Under the pieces are notes generated by a model. It was not told where the DNA came from, ran no database searches, and saw only the letters and a list, made by a program, of their open reading frames with translations. 64,000 bases of DNA, taken from positions 52,633-116,632 of the forward strand of contig CAZYJI010000004.1 of NCBI GenBank assembly GCA_964647725.1. The letters run 5' to 3'. Shown here one piece after another: positions 20,657 to 28,500 of the stretch (within the stretch, counting starts at the first letter, position 1; the number at the start of each line of letters is the position of its first letter). A program made the translations under genes and the position numbers. The DNA comes from an uncultured Alphaproteobacteria bacterium (GTDB lineage: Bacteria; Pseudomonadota; Alphaproteobacteria; SHNJ01).

Positions 20657-21430
20657 TTACCTTGGCACCAGGAATGGCGACATCGAATCGTTGAAGAAAT
20701 CCAGATACAAAAGCAGCATCGCCGAGAAACTGACCGAGATCAAAAGCAATCCCAATAAAATTTGCAGCGGCATCGCGATAAAAAACACTTGCATTTGCGG
20801 CATCAACCGCGCCAGCAATCCCATGCCCACAAAAAATACAACGCCTAACACCAGGAATGGCGCGGAAATTTGAACGGCGATTTTAAAAGAACGGTTTACC
20901 ACCTGGCTAAATGTTTGCGACATTTCTTCGACCGGCATCGCGCCGCCCGGCGGAAATATTTGATAACTATCCTGCATCGCGTAAAAAAACAAATGATGCA
21001 GATCGGTCAAAAACATCATTTCAATTCCGGCCAATGTTAAAAACACGCTGATCAGCGATCCTTGGGTTGCCAGCACGGGATTGAACATCACCGCCGCCGA
21101 AATACCCATTTGCGTGGAAATCACCATCCCGCCGACTTCCAGACAGGTCAATACCACCCGTGTAAAGGCACCGATAAAGGCGCCAATCAACGCTTCGCGC
21201 ACAATCAATGATGTCATGCCATAGGCATCTGGCGGCAAAGGCGGCAAACCATTTTTAACCAAGGGAAACATTGCAAAGCTGACCAGTACCGCCAAGCCTA
21301 AACGGATGCGTGGGCTGATAAATACCTCGCCAAATCCGGGCAGCATCATGAACATGCCGCCAAGGCGCGTCAGCACCAATAAAAAAGCGAACAGCAATTC
21401 CGGTACTAACAATTGCGCGATTTGCGGCAC
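20657..21430 (-). CDS. fliR: flagellar export gate protein FliR
   Basis: 257-aa polytopic protein. It lies between fliQ and flhB. Confidence 0.93.
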   Translation of the reverse strand: MPQIAQLLVPELLFAFLLVLTRLGGMFMMLPGFGEVFISPRIRLGLAVLVSFAMFPLVKNGLPPLPPDAYGMTSLIVREALIGAFIGAFTRVVLTCLEVGGMVISTQMGISAAVMFNPVLATQGSLISVFLTLAGIEMMFLTDLHHLFFYAMQDSYQIFPPGGAMPVEEMSQTFSQVVNRSFKIAVQISAPFLVLGVVFFVGMGLLARLMPQMQVFFIAMPLQILLGLLLISVSFSAMLLLYLDFFNDSMSPFLVPR

Positions 21431-21443
21431 GGTTTAGGTCCTG

Positions 21444-21710
21444 CTAATCGATGGTGATAATTTTATCAAATATCTCGTGGGTAAACGCCGTCAGCGAACT
21501 TAACATAAACGGCAAGAACAAGATCATGCCCATAAAAATGCAAATAATTTTTGGCACGAACGATAAAGTCGTTTCTTGAATCTGCGTCAATGCCTGAACC
21601 AAGGAAATGGCCAAACCGACGATCAAAGCGATGAGCATCATCGGCCCGCCGACTTTCATCATCACCCAAATTGCCTCGCGGCAAATACTGATAAATTCTG
21701 ATTGTTCCAT
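21444..21710 (-). CDS. fliQ: flagellar export gate protein FliQ
   Basis: 88 aa with a typical FliQ sequence (PMMLIALIVGLAISLVQALTQIQETTLSFVPK). Confidence 0.95.
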   Translation of the reverse strand: MEQSEFISICREAIWVMMKVGGPMMLIALIVGLAISLVQALTQIQETTLSFVPKIICIFMGMILFLPFMLSSLTAFTHEIFDKIITID

Positions 21711-21718
21711 AAAGATCA

Positions 21719-21837
21719 GGGTATAGGGTTTAGGGTATAGGGTATAGGGAAATTACTATAATAAAAGAAAAGGGATAAGTATTTGATGCAGTCGGGCCAT
21801 AAACACCCTACTACCCTATACGCTATCCCCTATTCCC
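21719..21837. repeat. inverted pair of TAGGG-type G3/C3-tract blocks in the fliE-fliQ spacer (G-quadruplex motif on each strand)
   Basis: 21719-21749 reads GGGtataGGGtttaGGGtataGGGtataGGG. 21806-21837 reads CCCtactaCCCtatacgctatCCCCtattCCC, an imperfect reverse complement. Confidence 0.8.
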
Positions 21838-21839
21838 TA

Positions 21840-22148
21840 TTAAATAGGCATACGCATGATTTCTTGATAGCCCGAGATCACTTTATCCCGTACGGCGACC
21901 ACGGCTTGCAAGGTTAATTCGGCCTTGCTGATCGCCGTAACGATATCGGTCAAATCTACATTGCCTTTCAGGCCAGCCATCGAAGTCGCTTCGGCTTGTT
22001 TGATCGTGCCCAAACTGTCGCCCAGCATATTTTGCAAGGTGCTGGCAAAATTATTGCCAGTGGCGGAATCACGGGCTTCTAATCCGGAGCCTCCCAGCAT
22101 TGGGGATTTGCCATAAGCGGCGGCGGCGTTAGTGAATCTGGCGTCCAT
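21840..22148 (-). CDS. fliE: flagellar hook-basal body complex protein FliE
   Basis: 102 aa. The C-terminus (AISKAELTLQAVVAVRDKVISGYQEIMRMPI) is typical FliE. Confidence 0.9.
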   Translation of the reverse strand: MDARFTNAAAAYGKSPMLGGSGLEARDSATGNNFASTLQNMLGDSLGTIKQAEATSMAGLKGNVDLTDIVTAISKAELTLQAVVAVRDKVISGYQEIMRMPI

Positions 22149-22174
22149 TATTCTTCTCCCTGTTCAACTCTATC

Positions 22175-22582
22175 TTATTTCAATAAGTCCAACGTAGACC
22201 GAATCATATTTCTGGATGTTTCGATCATGCTTAAATTGGCTTCGTAACTGCGTTGCGCTTCGCGCATATCGGTCATTTCAATAACCGGATTGATATTCGG
22301 CATAGCCACATACCCGTCTGGATCGGCCATTGGATTGGCCGGATCGAATTTCATTCTGGCCGGGCCTTTATCCTGACCATATCCGGAAACTTTTACTTTT
22401 TCGCTCCCCGTAGCTTTGTCCAACTGGGCCTTGAACGAAATCGTTTTGCGTTTGTACGGATCACCGCCTGGCACGCTTGGACCAGATTCGGCATTAGCCA
22501 TGTTTTCGGAAATTACTTTGATGCGGGCGCCCTGGGCTTTCAAGCCACTCGCGGAAACATCAATTGCAGTCGTTAAGTCCAT
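22175..22582 (-). CDS. flgC: flagellar basal-body rod protein FlgC
   Basis: SASGLKAQGARIKVISENMANAES plus a conserved C-terminal rod motif. Confidence 0.95.
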   Translation of the reverse strand: MDLTTAIDVSASGLKAQGARIKVISENMANAESGPSVPGGDPYKRKTISFKAQLDKATGSEKVKVSGYGQDKGPARMKFDPANPMADPDGYVAMPNINPVIEMTDMREAQRSYEANLSMIETSRNMIRSTLDLLK

Positions 22583-22595
22583 GATCCACCTTTAC

Positions 22596-23009
22596 CTAAA
22601 ATCCGCCGCCACGGCCAATGGCCAAACGCAGCATTTCAGAATATTTACGATACATGCTGGCCGCTTCGGTATGCATGTCTTTGGTCTTTGCGGCCATTAA
22701 CGCTTGTTCTTCGACATCCACACCATTGCCATTCAACGATGTTTCAGACGATAAACGGTATTTGCTAAATTCGCCTTCGGCACGCGTTGGGGTAATATGT
22801 TTCGAATTCGTCACGGCCAACGATGGGCTATGTGTTGCTTTTAAGACACTCTTAAAATCGAGTGGCTCGAGATCTTTGGCTTGATATCCGCGGGTGTTGG
22901 CATTGGCAATATTTTGCGCAATTAGGTTCTGGCGCGTAGCCGCCCATTTCATTTGGGATTGCAATGCCGTGAAAAGCTCGGGTTGTCTAGAATCCATTTT
23001 TTGTGCCAC
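22596..23009 (-). CDS. flgB: flagellar basal-body rod protein FlgB
   Basis: It carries the RQNLIAQNIANANTRGYQAKDL rod motif and is the first gene of flgBC-fliE. Confidence 0.9.
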   Translation of the reverse strand: MAQKMDSRQPELFTALQSQMKWAATRQNLIAQNIANANTRGYQAKDLEPLDFKSVLKATHSPSLAVTNSKHITPTRAEGEFSKYRLSSETSLNGNGVDVEEQALMAAKTKDMHTEAASMYRKYSEMLRLAIGRGGGF

Positions 23010-23103
23010 GTTTATAATTGTTTTTATTTAAATCCCCTGAAACGGCACTTGGTTCCCCCCAAATACCTATTCCAGGCATACATTCAGTTATAACTTATTC
23101 GGG

Positions 23104-23118
23104 TTAAAGACCGGTTAA
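23104..23118. promoter_or_regulatory. CtrA-type box TTAA-N7-TTAA between divergent flgB and csrA operons
   Basis: The sequence is ttaaagaccggttaa. Confidence 0.45.
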
Positions 23119-23192
23119 AGCTTTACCCACCCCCAAAAAAGGGGGTAATATGTGACATTCCTTCAGGTAGAAACTATTTCATAGGAAAATCA

Positions 23193-23465
23193 ATGCTTTA
23201 TTTAACTCGCAAGGTAGGCGAATCCGTCGTAATCAATGATCATATCGAGGTTACCGTGGTTGAAATTCGTGGCAAATCCATCAAATTGGGCTTCACCTTT
23301 CCCCAAACGGCCAGCGTGCTGCGGCGGGAATTATATGACCGCATTCAAGAGGAAAACAAAGCCGCTGCGGCAGCCGGCGATTTCGCCGCCAACCTGATCA
23401 AAGCGGGCAATGCCCCATCCGCCAGCCAGGCCTTGGCGAAACCAAAGCCTGATCCAAAAGACTAA
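23193..23465 (+). CDS. csrA: carbon storage regulator CsrA (flagellar, long C-terminal extension)
   Basis: MLYLTRKVGESVVINDHIEVTVVEIRGKSIKLGFTFP is the CsrA fold signature. At 90 aa it has a tail that the roughly 61-aa enterobacterial CsrA lacks. Confidence 0.9.
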   Translation: MLYLTRKVGESVVINDHIEVTVVEIRGKSIKLGFTFPQTASVLRRELYDRIQEENKAAAAAGDFAANLIKAGNAPSASQALAKPKPDPKD

Positions 23466-23800
23466 TGGCGGAATCGGAAAAAAAGGCAAGACGGCGCAAA
23501 GTTAAACAAAAAGTCGCCGTCGCGCTGAAACATGACCTTGAAACCGACGCGATCCCACGCATTACCGCAACCGGGCGTGGGAAGATCGCCGAGAAGATCC
23601 TGGAACTGGCCTTTAAAAATAACATCAAGGTACGCGAAGATCCCGATCTGGCCGAAGTGCTGTCCGCGCTAGAGGTGGATCTGGAAATTCCGGTCGAAGT
23701 ATTCGCCGCTGTTGCGGAAATCCTGTCATATGTGTACCGTGCCAATGGAATTACCCCGCCGTGGGAGAAAAAGAATGAAAAACCTTCCGCAGATCATTAA
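23465..23800 (+). CDS. FlhB C-terminal-domain-like protein (free-standing FlhB_CC / YlqH-like)
   Basis: It aligns by eye with FlhB residues after NPTH (VAVALKHD...PRITATGRGKIAEKILELAFKNNIKVREDPDLAEVL...EIPVEVFAAVAEIL). Its start overlaps the csrA stop (TAATG). Confidence 0.8.
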   Translation: MAESEKKARRRKVKQKVAVALKHDLETDAIPRITATGRGKIAEKILELAFKNNIKVREDPDLAEVLSALEVDLEIPVEVFAAVAEILSYVYRANGITPPWEKKNEKPSADH

Positions 23801-24116
23801 CGAAGTCGCCGCCATCAAAAACAGCGTGCAAGGCGCCATGGGCATGCTGAAAACCGGACAGATTATGGAATTGCATAATGTGGAATCCCGGGTCAAAGAC
23901 GTTTGCGCCACAATTCAAAATCTTCCCGCCAACGATCGCAAAACGGTGCAGCCGCACTTAATGGCGCTGCTGGATGATATGGATCAATATTATGCGGAAA
24001 TGAAATCGCGCCATGGCGAATTGCTGGAACAGATCAAGCAATTGAACCCTAACCGCCAGGCGATGAATGCGTACAGCAAAGCGGCCAATATCAAAAACAC
24101 GACGGACGAGGATTAA
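23775..24116 (+). CDS. hypothetical flagellar-operon protein (113 aa)
   Basis: ATG with GGGAGA 7 nt upstream. It lies between the flhB_CC-like gene and fliO. I recognise no family. The track ORF starts at 23712. Confidence 0.5.
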   Translation: MKNLPQIINEVAAIKNSVQGAMGMLKTGQIMELHNVESRVKDVCATIQNLPANDRKTVQPHLMALLDDMDQYYAEMKSRHGELLEQIKQLNPNRQAMNAYSKAANIKNTTDED

Positions 24117-24418
24117 TGGAAGGCGCAGTATATCTTAAATTTGTGGCATCGCTGGTATTCGTGCTGGCAATCCTGGGTCTGTGCGCGTTTTTATTGCGCA
24201 AATATGGCGGCATTGGCCCGGCGATGATGCCGCAACATAAACGGCGTATGAAAGTTTTGGAAATCATGCCGCTGGACCATAAAAAGAAACTGTTTTTAAT
24301 TCGTCACGACGATACCGAACATTTGATTCTAACCGGCCAGGGGCATGATTGTTTGATTTCCAGCCGCGCCGCCACATCCGACAATGCAAATTCCCAAGAC
24401 ATCAGGAAAACCGCATGA
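24116..24418 (+). CDS. fliO: flagellar biosynthesis protein FliO
   Basis: Single N-terminal TM helix followed by KVLEIMPLDHKKKLFLIRHDDTEHLI. It lies immediately upstream of fliP and overlaps it. Confidence 0.75.
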   Translation: MEGAVYLKFVASLVFVLAILGLCAFLLRKYGGIGPAMMPQHKRRMKVLEIMPLDHKKKLFLIRHDDTEHLILTGQGHDCLISSRAATSDNANSQDIRKTA

Positions 24419-25164
24419 AAATAAAACATATCCTTATCCTATTAGGTTTCGCGATTGCCAGTTTTGTGCTCGCATCTCCCGCGTTGGCGCAGACACTAAA
24501 TTTGGATATGGGTGAAAGCGGCGGTTCGGCCACCAGCCGTATTTTACAATTCCTGGCGCTGTTAAGCGTTCTAAGTTTGGCGCCGTCGATTTTGGTAATG
24601 GTGACGTCCTTTACCCGGATTGTTGTGGTTTTATCCCTACTCCGCAGCGCGCTGGGCGTGCAACAAACGCCGCCCAATTCCGTTTTAATCAGCTTGGCGT
24701 TATTTCTGACTTTATTCGTTATGATGCCGGTGTTCGAAGAATCTTACAAAGTCGGCATCGAACCGTTGATCGCCGAGCAAATCAACGAAATGGAAGCATT
24801 CAATCGCGGCATCGAACCATTCAAAGTATTCATGCTGGAACATACCCGCGATAAGGATTTGGGATTGTTCCGCGAAATGGCCAAGGTCGATACCGCCGTG
24901 GAAGTCGACAAAACGCCGTTACACGCCGTTATTCCCGCCTTTATGATCAGCGAATTGCGCCGCGCGTTCGAAATCGGCTTTTTAATATTCCTGCCGTTTT
25001 TGATTATCGATATGGTCGTCGCATCGATCCTAATGTCGATGGGTATGATGATGTTGCCCCCGGCCATGATCGCCCTGCCCTTTAAATTGATTTTCTTTGT
25101 GCTGGTAGACGGCTGGTACCTGATCGCCGGAAGCTTGGTGCAGAGTTACGCAACGGGCGGGTAA
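24415..25164 (+). CDS. fliP: flagellar export gate protein FliP
   Basis: Signal peptide, then LLSVLSLAPSILVMVTSFTRIVVVLSLLRSALG, which is canonical FliP. I chose the start at the ATG overlapping the fliO stop. The track ORF starts at 24349. Confidence 0.95.
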   Translation: MKIKHILILLGFAIASFVLASPALAQTLNLDMGESGGSATSRILQFLALLSVLSLAPSILVMVTSFTRIVVVLSLLRSALGVQQTPPNSVLISLALFLTLFVMMPVFEESYKVGIEPLIAEQINEMEAFNRGIEPFKVFMLEHTRDKDLGLFREMAKVDTAVEVDKTPLHAVIPAFMISELRRAFEIGFLIFLPFLIIDMVVASILMSMGMMMLPPAMIALPFKLIFFVLVDGWYLIAGSLVQSYATGG

Positions 25165-25184
25165 AACCAATTCATAAAAAAGAT

Positions 25185-25574
25185 TGTCATCCTGAGCCGA
25201 AGGCGAAGGATCTCGTCCAACAAAAGAATTCTTTATGAAAACTTATAGTGTCTATATCGCCACCAACGATAAGAGCACGGTTATGTATATTGGCGTCACC
25301 AATAATCTTGAACGCCGTATGTCAGAACATAAAGCCGGATTAATTGAAGGTTTTACGAAAAAATATAATATTCGCAAATTGGTATATTATGAAGATTACT
25401 ATGAAATCAAAACGGCGATTGACCGAGAGAAGACATTAAAAGGATGGATCCGGGCCAAGAAAAATGCGCTTGTTGAAACGGAAAACCCAAAATGGCAGGA
25501 TTTAAGTAAAGATTGGTACGGAAGGGAAGCCGCTTTGGATGCACGAGATCCTTCGCGTTCGGCTCAGGATGACA
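25185..25574. mobile_element. GIY-YIG gene cassette bracketed by 34-bp inverted repeats (putative selfish or MITE-related element)
   Basis: The left arm is 25185-25218 and the right arm is 25541-25574, its reverse complement with a few mismatches. The same arm sequence occurs at 7397-7482 without a gene. Confidence 0.45.
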
Positions 25575-25594
25575 GTAAAGAATTAGAAATCTAA
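25235..25594 (+). CDS. GIY-YIG nuclease family protein
   Basis: YSVYIATNDKSTVMYIGVTNNLERRMSEHK carries the GIY...YIG motifs. The C-terminal tail is encoded by the right inverted-repeat arm. Confidence 0.9.
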   Translation: MKTYSVYIATNDKSTVMYIGVTNNLERRMSEHKAGLIEGFTKKYNIRKLVYYEDYYEIKTAIDREKTLKGWIRAKKNALVETENPKWQDLSKDWYGREAALDARDPSRSAQDDSKELEI

Positions 25595-28500
25595 TTTATC
25601 GCAAACGTGCCCTTCTTGATCTTCTCGCGATAGAAGCTCATGAAGTTTTCATATTTGACCGCTTCATCCAGCTTGCCGGTCAATTCAGCCAGGCTGAGCG
25701 GTTCGTTAGCATCGACATTGGTAATAATCTCGAACGCTTCGAATTGCGGCATGGTTTTCATGCGCGCCCAATAGCTGCGTTTAATATGTTTCAATACATC
25801 GTCATCGCCATCCAGCGCCGCTGCAATCGCCAGATTCAAAACCCACTGTGCGGTTTGCGGCGGTAATTTGGCCGGTTCCGCCGATGGCGGTTCGCCGGAT
25901 TCTTGTTGTTGCTTGGCTTCGTCATCCAGCGATTCGACAATCAAGCGGTTCAATTTTTGCGCCACCATAGCCCAATTGCGCATCCGCCAATATATGTCGG
26001 CGCGCAACATATCGGACTCCCGGCCTTTTTCAGCAGCAATGAAATCCAAGGCTTCTTGCGGTTTATTTTGATCGAATAACGCGCGCGCCTTTAACAGGCG
26101 CCGTTCGGTAGCCAAATCCGCTGGAATTTGCGGCGCATTGCTGAGATCCAGCGCCTTGACGGCTTCTTCGGGCTTGCGGTCGGCAATATATACAAATGCC
26201 AGTTTCGCGCCAACGCGGGCTTTATCCTCGCCTTGCAAGCGGTAACTGATTTGGTGCGACAATAAATCCGCCGCGCGTTCCAGCAAATCGACTGCAATCA
26301 AACGATCCACCAGACGTTGAATAATTTTATCGCCATCTGGTCCGGTTGGCGTTAAATCGCGGAATTCATCAAACAGTCCCAGCGCGGTCAATGGCGGCAT
26401 ATTATCGGCCGCGCCATCCATAAATAATTTTTTGAATGTATCGGTCATCATATCGGTCAATTCAACCACATAGGGTTGATCGGCGTAATTGGTCACCGCC
26501 CGGCGCAGCGTGAATAATCCTTCGCGATAAAGCCCGTCTTGGATCTGCATCCGGCCAAGCATCTGCAATACATTGAATTCGAATTTATCGCCGCGCCAGG
26601 CGAAACGCAGCCGTTCCAGGCGCGCGATAATGTCTTCGCGTTTTAATCCGCCTGTTGCCTCGCCATGCTTGATTAACGCAAACTCCGCGCGCGGGCGAGC
26701 ATAAGGTTCCTCGCTTTTCAATACCGATTCCCACAATTTTACCGCGTCTTCCGGCTTGCTTTCGCGCATGGCGATTTCGCCGCGCCAATAATTTAGAATA
26801 TCGTGCATTTTGACCAATTCGGCGTCTTGGTTCAATCGGTCGATAATGGTTTTCGCCTGGTCGCTATGATTATTATTAATTTCCGATTCGATTTGCGCAA
26901 GGCCGATCATTTTTTTGGCATTGGCCGGCGGCGCATCGTTGGGTTGATCGGACATGGTGAAATATTGATCCGATGCCGCCCAATCATTTTGTTGCACCGC
27001 CAATACCGCACGCCAAGTGGCGATATCGGGCTGTTCATCGAAACGCTGATCCCGCAAATCCTCCGTCGCTTGCTTGTAATTTTGTTCGATAATATAAGCC
27101 GAGCCGCGAATCGCCAAAAATTCCGCGCCGCGGGCCAGCGTTTCATCCCACTTCGCGTTGACATTCATTACCGCAATCGCTTCGGCCATCCAGCCATGGG
27201 AATAATATAATTTGGCCAGTTCCATGCGCTTATCGATGCGTTCATCGGTTTTAAGCGATCCGATTTGCGCCAGCAAATCCTGCTCTTTATCAAAAAAGTT
27301 TTTGCGCGGATCGCCGCGCCATTCAGCGTATTTTAAAATCGCCGGATTGCTTGGCGGCCCTTCGTTGATCCATGGGCCATAAACATCTTTTTGATTGGTT
27401 TTATTCGGATCGGTTACTTCGACCGGTTTATTTTGTGCCAGCAATAATACGCCGGATTTCTTGACTACCATGAATCCGTCGAAATCCGGGCGGATTTCAA
27501 TGCCGGCTATTTTCGGGGTGATGGCAATACCTTGTGACGACGGTAAAAGGGTGAATTCGCTAAAATCACGCTCTCCGTTTACGCCGCGTCCAGGCACGTT
27601 GACCGTTGCAACAATAATCTGATCGCCAACCTCGGGATCGTTCAATTGCATCACGCGGCCGGAACTTGGCACCGTTAAATACAACCCAAACTGCCGGTCG
27701 GCAAATTCCTTGTATTCGGCGGGAATGGTAACTGCTGGACGGATTTTTTGCGATTTATAATCGATTTGCCAGGATCTGCGATCTGGCGTTGCCTGCGCGG
27801 TTGGCTCCAACCCCATCACGGTATGAATACGCAATGCGGTGGATGTCGGGCCTTTGATAATCTCCATGCCACCGATAATGTTCAAAACCGATTGCGTTTC
27901 CGGATTCATGATCATATTTGCCGGGCGGTCAAATACCATCCAGGCATAACCGGCGCGTTTGAAAATCGCCATGCCCACGGATTTCGGCCAAATGGCTTTG
28001 AAACTTAGAACGGTGTTGGTCTTGCTGACCACCAATTCGACATTTTGTACTTCCAGCGGATCATCCGCCGCTTCTTCGACGAGTGGCGGGGCAATTTGTT
28101 CAATTGGCGTTGGTTGTTCGACGACAGGATTCAAATCCGTTGTCGGCATCGCAAATTTTGCTTCTTCTTTTGGATCAACCGGTATTTCCGGTTTTGGCGG
28201 CTCGGCCGGTTTGGCTTCGACTGGCGACGTATCTGCCGGCGGAGCAGCTGTTACTTCCGGTTTTTTTACCGGCGCGGTTGGCGGCGGCATGGCGAAATCC
28301 AACACAACCGCCCTTTCTTTGGCATAATGCCGGATGGAAATTGGGTCCCGGCATTCATATTGAATTTTGGTGATGGCGTCCAAAACAATCGGCGCGGCCA
28401 TTTCGCAATCTGGAATTTTTATCTTGCGCAATTCTTGGTCCGGAATAGGAACGATGGCGTCGAATTCAACCGTAGCCTGGCGGCCTTGTTCATTCACGCG

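Noticed and set aside
23044-23057. GGCAC-N5-TCCC resembling a sigma54 -24 element between flgB and csrA
   Set aside because: The -12 element lacks the invariant GC, so it was not called as a promoter.
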